A stretch of 64,000 nucleotides of DNA from Deltaproteobacteria bacterium (GTDB lineage Bacteria; Myxococcota; Myxococcia; Myxococcales; SZAS-1), in assembly GCA_018266075.1 (NCBI GenBank), contig JAFEBB010000023.1:18407-82406 (forward strand), in the 5' to 3' direction. How positions within the stretch are numbered: the first letter of the stretch is position 1; each line of letters opens with the position of its first letter. The notes under the pieces were generated by a model, which had not been told where the DNA came from, ran no database searches, and saw only the letters and a program-made list of their open reading frames with translations. The position numbers and the translations under genes were made by a program. Positions 9,776 to 19,425 of the stretch are shown piece by piece.

Positions 9776-11029
9776 ATGGCAGGCGCGCTGGCTGCAAAGC
9801 AGGCTGCGGGTACGGCCAAGAAGAACCCGGTCTACGTCTGGGAAGCCCGCACCAAGCAGGGCGAGACGAAGAAGGGCGAGATGGAGGCGGCCGACGCCGA
9901 GGCCGTGAACTCGCGCCTTCGCACCCTCGGCTACCAGCCGGTGAAGGTGAAGAAGAAGGCAACGGAAATCAACATCAAGCTGCCGGGCATGGGAGGCGTG
10001 TCCACCAAGGACATCGTCATCTTCACCCGTCAGTTCGCCACGATGATCGACGCAGGTCTGCCCCTGGTTCAGTGCCTCGACATCATCGCCGGGCAGACGG
10101 AGAACCTGTCCTTCAAAGAGGTGCTGTTCAAGGTGAAGGGCCGCGTCGAATCCGGCTCCACCTTCGCCGACGCGCTCAAGGACCACCCGAAGGTCTTCGA
10201 CGAACTCTATGCCCAGCTGGTGGCCGCGGGCGAGGTTGGCGGCATCCTCGACACCATCCTGAACCGCCTCGCGGCGTACATGGAGAAGAACGAGAAGCTC
10301 AAGCGCAAGGTGAAGGGCGCGATGGTCTACCCGACCATCGTGATCTGCGTAGCCATCGGCGTGACGGCCCTGCTCCTGCTCAAGGTCACCCCGACCTTCG
10401 AGAAGATGTTCAAGGACTTCCACAGCGAGATGCCGGCTCCCACGCAAATGGTCATCGACTTCTCGCACTGGGTGCAGGCCAACGTCCTCTACATGGCGGG
10501 AGGAATTGCTGTGTTGGTCGTCGCCTTCCAGCAGTTCTATCGGAACCCCAAGGGCCGGCGAATATGCGACAAGGTCTTCTTGATGGCGCCCATCATCGGG
10601 CCGGTGATCCGCAAGGTGGCGGTGGCGCGCTTCACCCGCACGCTGGGCACGATGATCAGCTCGGGCGTGCCCATCCTCGACGCGCTCGAGGTGACCGCGA
10701 AGACCGCCGGCAACCGCACCGTCGAAGACGCGATCTATTACACGCGCACCAAGATCTCCGAGGGCAAGACCATCACCCAGCCGCTCGAGGAGACCAACGT
10801 CTTCCCCAACATGGTGGTGCAGATGATCGGCGTCGGTGAGGCCACCGGCGCGATGGATCAGATGCTCAACAAGATCGCCGACTTCTACGACGACGAAGTC
10901 GACGTCGCCGTGGCCGGCCTCACCGCCATGATCGAGCCCTTGCTCATGGTGTTCCTGGGCGGCGTGGTCGGCGGCTTCCTCATCGCCATGTATCTGCCCA
11001 TCTTCTCGATCGCCGGCGCGATCAAGTAG
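9776..11029 (+). CDS. pilC: Type IV pilus platform (inner-membrane) protein
   Basis: ATG 9776 lies 5 nt after GGAGG (9766-9770). 417 aa. Duplicated GspF-type domains ('IFTRQFATMIDAGLPL', 'RFTRTLGTMISSGVPIL') and the C-terminal 'PLLMVFLGGVVGGFLIAMYLPIF'. Confidence 0.93.
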   Translation: MAGALAAKQAAGTAKKNPVYVWEARTKQGETKKGEMEAADAEAVNSRLRTLGYQPVKVKKKATEINIKLPGMGGVSTKDIVIFTRQFATMIDAGLPLVQCLDIIAGQTENLSFKEVLFKVKGRVESGSTFADALKDHPKVFDELYAQLVAAGEVGGILDTILNRLAAYMEKNEKLKRKVKGAMVYPTIVICVAIGVTALLLLKVTPTFEKMFKDFHSEMPAPTQMVIDFSHWVQANVLYMAGGIAVLVVAFQQFYRNPKGRRICDKVFLMAPIIGPVIRKVAVARFTRTLGTMISSGVPILDALEVTAKTAGNRTVEDAIYYTRTKISEGKTITQPLEETNVFPNMVVQMIGVGEATGAMDQMLNKIADFYDDEVDVAVAGLTAMIEPLLMVFLGGVVGGFLIAMYLPIFSIAGAIK

Positions 11030-11047
11030 GAGACGCGCGCGGCCAAC

Positions 11048-12741
11048 GTGCGCGGTTGCGACGTGGAAGAGCGCAGCGACCAGCGGGGCGAGCTCCACCG
11101 GCGGCTCGTCTGGCTGACGTTCTTCCGCCTCGCGGTGGTGCTGGTGCTCTTTGCGGCCAGCGTGATCTGGGGCTCCTCCAAGGAGCTTACGGATCCGGTG
11201 AGCTACCAGCTCATCGGCGTGTGCACGGCGGGCTTTCTGGCCACGCTCTTCTTTGCCGTGCTCTTGCGCTGGGGGCGCTGGCTCACCGGCATCGCCTACG
11301 CGGAGATCACCTTCGACGCGCTGCTGGCGATGGCGCTGGTGTACCTCACCGGCGGCTCCAACGCGTTCTCGTTCGTGTTCATCCTGGCGGTGGTGAACGC
11401 CGCCCTGGTGCTCTCGCAGCGCGGAGCGATCCTGGCGGCCTCGCTCTCGAGCTTGCTCTTCGCGGCGCTGCGCGTGGGGCTCAACGAGCGCTGGCTCATG
11501 CCGCCGGCGCCGTACCTGGAGGAGCCGCCCACGCCCACGGCGGCGCTCATCTTCACCATCTTCGTGAACCTGGGCGCGTTCTTCCTCATGGCCGCGCTGG
11601 CCAGCTACCTCGCTGACCAGATCCGCAAGAAGAGCGAGCAGCTCACCGCGCGCGAGCTCGACTTCGAGGCGCTGGCGGAGTTGCACTCGGCGATGCTCGC
11701 GTCGATCTCCAGTGGCATCGCCACCGCGGATCCCTCCGGGCGGCTGCTGTTCGTGAACCGCGCGGGCTGGGAGATCTGCGGCCCTTGGCAGAACCGGCAG
11801 GCGAGCACGGTGGTGGAGCTCTTGCCTGGGCTGGCGCTGCCTGCGGCCGGGAGCCCGGCGGTGCGGCAGGAGCTGGAGATCGCCGGCCGCGACGGCGAGC
11901 GGCGCTTCCTGGGGCTCACGGTGAGCCCGCTTCACGGCGGCGGCGCGTTCGCGGGCGGGCACGTGATCGTCTTCCAGGATCTCACCGAGCTGCGCCGGCT
12001 GGAGCTCGACGCCCGCCGCAACGAGCGCCTGGCCTCCATCGGCAAGCTCGCGGCGGGCCTGGCCCACGAGCTGCGCAACCCGCTGGCGAGCATGAGCGGC
12101 GCGGTGCAGATGCTCACCTCCAACAAGGCGGACGACCCGGACGAGCAGCGGCTCGGCGACATCGTGGTGAGCGAGACCGAGCGCCTCAACCGGCTGGTCA
12201 CCGACTTCCTCGGCTTCGCGCGCCCGAGCCCCAGCCGGCCGCTGCGGCTCGAGCTCGCCGAGGCCGTGGGCCAGACCCTCGACATCGTGGCCCACGGGCC
12301 GAAGTTCGAGGGCGTGAAGCTGGAGCGCGCGCTGGAGCCGGTGGAGGTGGTGGCCGACGCCGCGCAGCTGCGACAGGTGGTGTGGAACGTGGCGGTGAAC
12401 GCCGCCGAGGCCATGGGCGGCAAGGGCACCCTCAAGGTCTCGCTCCACCGCGAGGGTGAGGAGGCGCTGCTCACCATGGAGGACAGCGGGCCGGGCCTGC
12501 CCCGCGAGGTGATGGCCCAGCTCTTCGATCCCTTCTTCACCACCAAGGCGCAGGGTACCGGTCTCGGGCTGGCCACGGTGCACGCGCTGGTGGAGGCGCA
12601 CCGGGGCATGGTGCAGGCCGAGAACCGCGAGCAGGGTGGGGCGCGGTTCACGGTGCGGCTGCCGGTGGCGCCGCCGGCGCCGGCCGCGGACGACGCGCGC
12701 GACTCTCCGGGCGTTCCGGTGGCTCGGGAGGTGGCGGGCTG

Positions 12742-12742
<1 letters not shown>
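11048..12742 (+). CDS. pilS: Membrane sensor histidine kinase of the pilus two-component pair
   Basis: Multi-TM N-terminus, a PAS-like middle region, H-box 'LAHELRNPLASMSG', and HATPase N/G boxes ('NVAVNAAEAM', 'DSGPGL', 'GTGLGLA'). It sits between pilC and pilR. The GTG start at 11048 is uncertain (alternative GTG at 11063). Confidence 0.85.
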
Positions 12743-14115
<1,373 letters not shown>

Positions 14116-14178
14116 CAAAGTTTGTCAGCGCGATTCTTTCGGGACCGAAGTTTGGCACCTTGACCGGTCGCTAAGTCA

Positions 14179-14194
14179 TGGCAAACTCTCGGCT
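14179..14194 (+). promoter_or_regulatory. Candidate sigma-54 (-24/-12) promoter for pilA
   Basis: TGGCAAACTCTCGGCT has GG (14180-81), N10, then GC (14192-93), about 60 nt upstream of the pilA ATG and just downstream of the sigma-54 activator gene pilR. It is an imperfect match to TGGCACG-N4-TTGCW. Confidence 0.4.
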
Positions 14195-14255
14195 CGTCGG
14201 CGGCGCGAGCCGTGCATAGGCACGCTCTGCCGTCGTCAACCCCCACGGAGACCCA

Positions 14256-14963
14256 ATGACTCTCATGAAGAAGATGAAGAAGGGCTTTACCCTCATCGAG
14301 CTGATGATCGTCGTCGCGATCATCGGAATTCTGGCTGCCATCGCCATCCCGAACTTCATCAAGTTCCAGGCGCGCTCCAAGACGGGCGAGGCCAAGAGCA
14401 ACCTGAAGGGCTATTTCACCGCTGAGAAGGCGTACTACCAAGACCACGACGTCTTCTGCTCCGACATGACGAAGGTCGGCTTCAACCCGGAGCGCGGCAA
14501 CCGCTACGCCTACGACTTCAGCATCGCGGCGTTCAACAGCGGCCCGACCCTGCAGCAGGACCGCTCCGCGTCCACCCTCGACAGCACCACCGCCTTCTCG
14601 GGCATCCAGGTCGACACCTATAAGTACCCTCAGCTGAAGACCACCTACGTGGCCAACTCCGCGGGCACGGTGACCCTGGGCGCCCAGGACTCGGGGCACA
14701 CCGGCATCGGCGCGGTGAGCGCGGGCGGTCTGGTTGTCGCCAACTCCAACTCCACGGCCTTCGCCTCGTGCACCGCCAACAACGGTGACTTCGTCGGCTT
14801 CGCCTTCAGCGACATCGACAACGAGACCAAGGGCATCGACGGTTGGTTCGTGTCTTCGCAGAGCGGCAAGATCTCGAACGGCGGCTGCAAGAGCGTCGAC
14901 CTCGACCAGGTCGCCGAGGGCACCCCGGGCAACGTCTACAACGACGTGGACTGCGACAACTAA
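14256..14963 (+). CDS. pilA: Type IVa major pilin
   Basis: RBS GGAG lies 5 nt upstream. The prepilin leader is 'MTLMKKMKKG|FTLIELMIVVAIIGILAAIAIPNFIKFQARSK'. There is a large Ser/Thr/Gly-rich globular part and a C-terminal Cys pair ('GGCKSV...DVDCDN'). Confidence 0.95.
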   Translation: MTLMKKMKKGFTLIELMIVVAIIGILAAIAIPNFIKFQARSKTGEAKSNLKGYFTAEKAYYQDHDVFCSDMTKVGFNPERGNRYAYDFSIAAFNSGPTLQQDRSASTLDSTTAFSGIQVDTYKYPQLKTTYVANSAGTVTLGAQDSGHTGIGAVSAGGLVVANSNSTAFASCTANNGDFVGFAFSDIDNETKGIDGWFVSSQSGKISNGGCKSVDLDQVAEGTPGNVYNDVDCDN

Positions 14964-14990
14964 GCAGCAGCTCGGTCGTTTGTTCAAACT

Positions 14991-15030
14991 GCGGAGGGGG
15001 AGCGATAAGCTCCCCTTCCGCGCTTTTTTC
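14991..15030 (+). terminator. Rho-independent terminator after pilA
   Basis: 13-bp stem GCGGAGGGGGAGC / GCTCCCCTTCCGC with one G-U pair, loop GATAA, followed by a T6 run (15024-15029). Confidence 0.75.
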
Positions 15031-15046
15031 CGGAGGAGCGGCGTAC

Positions 15047-15970
15047 GTGAACAAGGCTGTCGCCCAGCCGCTCGTGCTCGCACTCGCACTGCTCGCGGGT
15101 GGTACCGGCTGGAACTACAAGTCCTTTGATCGACAGGCTCGCATCAAGGCGCGGTACACGGCCTCGCTGGTGGCGCTTCCCCGGCCCGAGGTGGTGCGCC
15201 TGCTCTCGCTCGGGTTCCGCCACGTCTTGGCCGACTGGTACTGGATCAAGGGCGTGAACTACTTCGGCGACGGCCGCAATACCGCTGTGGCCTACGCCGA
15301 GTTCTATAATTACCTCAAGCTCGTCACCGACCTCGACCCGCAGTACTACCCGGCCTACCTCTTCGGCGGCTACGCCCTGCCCTGGAACCGCGGCGACAAG
15401 TGGGTGAACACCCAGGAGACGGCCTGGCTGCTGGAGGACGGGATCAAGAATTTCCCGGCGGCCTGGCAGCTGCGCTTCCAGCTGGCGTACGTGTACTCGG
15501 CGTACCTGCACCGCTACAAGGAGGCGGGGGACCAGCTCGCCGCGGCCGCCCGGCTGCCGGGCTCGCCGCCGTTCCTGGGCACGCTCGCCACCCGGATGTA
15601 CGCCACCACCGGCGACCTCGAGGGCGCCGAGTTGCTTGCCGAGCACCTCATGCGCGATGCCGAAGACCCGCGCGTCGCCGCGCTCATGCGGCGGCGGCTG
15701 ATGGAGCTGCGCGCAGCCAACCAGGGGCAGGCGCTCACCCAGGCGGCTGCGAAGTTCGCGGCGGCCCACGGGGGACACTTCCCCGCCTCGCTCGCCGAGC
15801 TCGAGCAGGCGGGCGTGGCCATCCCTGTGGAGCCCCTGGGCGGGTCGTGGAACTATGACCCCGCCACAGGAACCGTGAAGTCCTCGGTGCTCAAGGAGCG
15901 CCTCGACATCTACATCCATCCCCGCGAGGCCGCGCAGGCCTCCGCCACGAACTCCGATGCCCGCCACTAG
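15047..15970 (+). CDS. pilG: PilG-like accessory protein of the PilGHI ABC system
   Basis: GTG 15047 lies after GGAGGAG (15032-15038). One N-terminal TM helix, then a helical repeat-like domain. It sits between pilA and the ABC ATPase, the position of pilG in M. xanthus as I recall. The name is assigned by synteny only. Confidence 0.6.
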   Translation: MNKAVAQPLVLALALLAGGTGWNYKSFDRQARIKARYTASLVALPRPEVVRLLSLGFRHVLADWYWIKGVNYFGDGRNTAVAYAEFYNYLKLVTDLDPQYYPAYLFGGYALPWNRGDKWVNTQETAWLLEDGIKNFPAAWQLRFQLAYVYSAYLHRYKEAGDQLAAAARLPGSPPFLGTLATRMYATTGDLEGAELLAEHLMRDAEDPRVAALMRRRLMELRAANQGQALTQAAAKFAAAHGGHFPASLAELEQAGVAIPVEPLGGSWNYDPATGTVKSSVLKERLDIYIHPREAAQASATNSDARH

Positions 15971-16898
15971 CGTCATCGTCGTCGACAACCTGGAGAAGAA
16001 GTTCGACCTGGGCCCGCGCAAGGACCGCGCCTTCAGCGCGGTGGCCGCGGTGTCGTTCCAGGTCGAGCCCAACACCGCCTTCGGCTTCCTGGGGCCCAAC
16101 GGCGCGGGAAAGACCACCACCATCAAGATGCTCACCGGGCTCATCTTTCCCACGGCGGGAAGGGTGACCGTGCTGGGCGGCGCCCCGAGCGACGCAGCGG
16201 TGCGCGCGCGGTTTGGCTACCTCCCGGAGAACCCGAGCTTCCCGGATCACCTCACCGGCGCGGAGATCCTGCGCTTCGCGTGTGAGCTACTGGGGCTGCC
16301 GCGCGCCCGGATCGCCGCCGAGGTGGAGCGCTGCCTGGCGCTGGTGGATCTCAAGCGCGCCGCGAATCTCCAGGTGCGCAAGTACTCCAAGGGCATGGTG
16401 CAGCGCGTGGGCATTGCCCAGGCGCTCCTGGGCAGCCCCGAGTTGGTGATCCTCGACGAACCGATGTCGGGTCTCGACCCCATTGGACGCCGCGACATCA
16501 AGGACCTCATCCTGTCGCTGCGTCGCGAGGGCAAGACCGTCTTCTTCTCCACGCACATCATCTCGGACGTGGAGGAGATCTGCGACGACGTGGCCATCAT
16601 CGTGAACGGCAAGATCGCGCGGAAGGGCCGGGTGAGCGACCTCCTCGGGGGCACACGCCGGGAGACGGAGATCACCGCGCGCGACCTGCCTGGCGACTTC
16701 CCGGGACGGAAGGGTGAGGGGGCCACTGCCACGCTGGTCGTGGATGGTGAGACGGAACTGCGCGCCACCATGGAGCGCATCTTCGCCGCGGGGGGCCAGG
16801 TGTTGGCGGTGCGGCCGCGGCGATATGGCCTCGAGGACGTGTTCCTGGAGGAGGTTCGCAAGGAGCCCAACCGCCCCATGCCGGTGGGTGAGTCATGA
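15957..16898 (+). CDS. pilH: ABC transporter ATP-binding protein
   Basis: Walker A 'GPNGAGKTTT', signature 'YSKGMVQRVGIAQAL', Walker B 'LVILDEP'. It overlaps pilG by 14 nt. Confidence 0.85.
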   Translation: MPATSVIVVDNLEKKFDLGPRKDRAFSAVAAVSFQVEPNTAFGFLGPNGAGKTTTIKMLTGLIFPTAGRVTVLGGAPSDAAVRARFGYLPENPSFPDHLTGAEILRFACELLGLPRARIAAEVERCLALVDLKRAANLQVRKYSKGMVQRVGIAQALLGSPELVILDEPMSGLDPIGRRDIKDLILSLRREGKTVFFSTHIISDVEEICDDVAIIVNGKIARKGRVSDLLGGTRRETEITARDLPGDFPGRKGEGATATLVVDGETELRATMERIFAAGGQVLAVRPRRYGLEDVFLEEVRKEPNRPMPVGES

Positions 16899-17662
16899 AC
16901 GGCATCTTCGTGATCGCGCGCATGAGCTTCATCGAGGCGCGGCGCAACCGCATCACCTGGTCGCTCGTCTTCTTCTGTCTGGTGCTGGTGCTCACCAGCT
17001 TCCTCTTCCAGGAGGTGACGATCGCGTCGTTCGACCGCATCGTCCGCGACGTGGGCATGGCGGGCATCAACATCTTCGGGGTGATGCTCTCGGTATTTCT
17101 GGGGGTGAGCGTGGTCACGCGCGAGATCGAGCGGCGGTCGGTCTACGTGCTCCTGGCCAAGCCCCTCACCCGGGTGCAGTACCTCTTGGGCAAGCTCCTG
17201 GGGGTGTGGCTCACCGTGGGCGCGTGCCTGGTGTTGATGATGGTGGCCTTCATCTTCGAGACCACGGTGTATCGCGGGCCCATCGCGCCGGTGATGTTCC
17301 AGGCGTTCTGGCTGCTGCTGGTGGAGCTCCTGGTGCTGGCGAGCTTTGCCATCCTGGCGAGCACCTTCACCTCGTCGGTGATGTCCGCGTTCGTGACCCT
17401 CTCGCTCTACGTGATCGGGCACCTCTCGGAGGATCTGTACTTCTTTGGCCGCAAGTCGGCCTCGCCGGTGATGAGGGTGCTGGGCGAGGTGCTCTTCTTC
17501 GTGCTTCCGAACCTCGAGAGGCTCAATCTCAAGGGCCAGGTCTCGCTCCTCGAGCCTGTGGGCAGCGGCCAGGTGGTGGGGGCCACGCTCTACGGGCTGG
17601 TCTATGTGGCGTGCTTCATGGGGTTGGCCATCGCCGTGTTCATCCGGCGCGACCTCAAGTAG
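16895..17662 (+). CDS. pilI: ABC-2 type transporter permease
   Basis: ATGA overlap with pilH. 255 aa with about 6 hydrophobic helices ('ITWSLVFFCLVLVLTSFLF' and others). Confidence 0.8.
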   Translation: MNGIFVIARMSFIEARRNRITWSLVFFCLVLVLTSFLFQEVTIASFDRIVRDVGMAGINIFGVMLSVFLGVSVVTREIERRSVYVLLAKPLTRVQYLLGKLLGVWLTVGACLVLMMVAFIFETTVYRGPIAPVMFQAFWLLLVELLVLASFAILASTFTSSVMSAFVTLSLYVIGHLSEDLYFFGRKSASPVMRVLGEVLFFVLPNLERLNLKGQVSLLEPVGSGQVVGATLYGLVYVACFMGLAIAVFIRRDLK

Positions 17663-17692
17663 CCGCGGGGCCGTCGCTCCAGGTGAGGCGCC

Positions 17693-19372
17693 ATGCTGCT
17701 GGTCGTGCTGGGCTGGCTGGCTGCGGCGGCGACGCTCCTTGGGGTGGGGCTCGCGCTCGCGCGCTGGGCCCGCGCCGAGCCGCTGGACCCGGGGCAAGCC
17801 TTCTGGGTGGGCTGGGCCGGGGCGCTCTGTGCGCTGCAGGTGGTGCAGCTGGCGGTCCCGGTGGGCTGGCCGGTGGCGGTGGCGCTCGCGCTGGTGGGCG
17901 CGGCGGGCTGGGCGAGCGCGTGGAGGTGGCTGCGGCTCCCCACGCGGCCGCCCTGGCTGGAGGCGCTCCTGGGCGGCGCTCTGGCGGTGGCGCTGGCCGT
18001 CCGCGCGCAGGCCCCGTCGCTCAATGGAGACAGCGGGGTGTATCACCGGCCTGCGGTGCGCTGGATGGCCGACGCCGCGCTGCCCGCCGGGCTGGCCAAC
18101 CTGAACCCGCTGCTGGGGCTCAACAGCGCGCACGCGCTCTTTCAGGCCGCGCTCGACGTGGGCCCCTGGGCGCACCTGAGCCAGCACGTGGGGCCGTCGC
18201 TGCTGGTGCTGGTGCTCGGGCTGCAGTCGCTGCACGGCGCTGCGCTCATTCTGCGGGCACCGGCGAGCGCGGGCGCCCGGGCGTGGCTCGCGCTGCTCTT
18301 CGCTCCGCTGGTGGTTGATCTGGCCCTCGGGCGAGACCTGAGCAGCGATGCGCCAGACCTCGCGGTGGCGGTGGTGGGCGCGGCACTGTGGATCGAGCTG
18401 GTGACGTGGGTTGAGGTGCAAGGACGGGCGGCGCTGCCCACCGGGCTCCTCCTGCTGGCGGTGGGCATGGGCATTGCCTGCAAGCTCTCCTACGCCGCGT
18501 GGGGACTGGCGGTGGGGCTGGCCGTCCTGATCTTCGGCCTGGCCCGACATCCCGAGCGCCGCGCGCGCACCGCGGTCCTGGCGGTGGCCGTCTTCTTGGG
18601 GACCGTGGGGGTATGGAGCGTGCGCAGCCTGGTGATGACCGGCTACCCGCTCTATCCGAGCCCGTGGCTCTCGTTGCCCGTGAGCTGGCGGTTGCCGCAA
18701 GAGGTGGTGGATCGCGTGCAGCGCTACGTGCTGGTGTGGGGGCGCTGGAGCGGCGGCCCGCGCGTGCCGGTGCTGGGCACTTGGAGCTGGGTGCGGCCAT
18801 GGCTGGTGAGCGCGATGAGCATGAACCGGGCCCTGGTGGTGCCGGTGGCGCTGGCGGTGCTTTGCCTGGCGCTGGGGGTGTGGCGCCGTCGCAGCCCGCT
18901 GAGGAGCTGGTGGCTCCTGTTGCCCGTCGTCGCTGCGCTGGCATTCTGGTTTGCGACCTCACCCGACGTACGCTTCGCAGGTGCGCTCATCTGGGCGCTG
19001 CCCGCCACGGCCGCGTGGCTGGCACTGAGGCCGGCGACGGCCTCGCCCGGCTTTCAGCGCGGGCTGGTGGTGGTGGTGCTGGCGCTGGCGCTCGAGCCCC
19101 TCTCGGATCCGCTGCGCCCGGTGGCCTGGGCCTGGCTGCGGCCCCCACGGAGCGCGGAGGTGCCCGCGGTGATGTTTCGCACCGACTCTGGGCTCGAGGT
19201 CCGGGTGCCGGTGGGGGGCGCGTGCTGGGACCTCCCGGTCCCGTGCACCTCGTTCCCGCGGAGCGGGCTCGCGCTGCGCGGTCAGGCCTTGAGCCAGGGG
19301 TTCGTCTGGGGGGGCCCGGATCGCCCACTGCCCCCCGGCGTGCCTTCGGCCACCATCCCCGACGTGCACTGA
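17693..19372 (+). CDS. Polytopic membrane protein, putative GT-C-like glycosyltransferase (family unknown)
   Basis: 559 aa, more than 10 hydrophobic segments, strong GC3. The loop motif 'NGDSGVYH' (18029-18046) resembles the acidic first-loop motif of GT-C enzymes. It starts 30 nt after pilI. Confidence 0.7.
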   Translation: MLLVVLGWLAAAATLLGVGLALARWARAEPLDPGQAFWVGWAGALCALQVVQLAVPVGWPVAVALALVGAAGWASAWRWLRLPTRPPWLEALLGGALAVALAVRAQAPSLNGDSGVYHRPAVRWMADAALPAGLANLNPLLGLNSAHALFQAALDVGPWAHLSQHVGPSLLVLVLGLQSLHGAALILRAPASAGARAWLALLFAPLVVDLALGRDLSSDAPDLAVAVVGAALWIELVTWVEVQGRAALPTGLLLLAVGMGIACKLSYAAWGLAVGLAVLIFGLARHPERRARTAVLAVAVFLGTVGVWSVRSLVMTGYPLYPSPWLSLPVSWRLPQEVVDRVQRYVLVWGRWSGGPRVPVLGTWSWVRPWLVSAMSMNRALVVPVALAVLCLALGVWRRRSPLRSWWLLLPVVAALAFWFATSPDVRFAGALIWALPATAAWLALRPATASPGFQRGLVVVVLALALEPLSDPLRPVAWAWLRPPRSAEVPAVMFRTDSGLEVRVPVGGACWDLPVPCTSFPRSGLALRGQALSQGFVWGGPDRPLPPGVPSATIPDVH

Positions 19373-19425
19373 AGTGGCCAGCAGCGTGGCGGGCGAATGT
19401 GGAATGGCGCTTCGGACCGCGTGGT

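Noticed and set aside
14153-14168. TGGCACCTTGACCGGT as the pilA sigma-54 promoter.
   Set aside because: The -24 half is good, but the invariant GC of the -12 element is missing at the required spacing (it reads CCGGT). The downstream candidate at 14179-14194 keeps GG-N10-GC.
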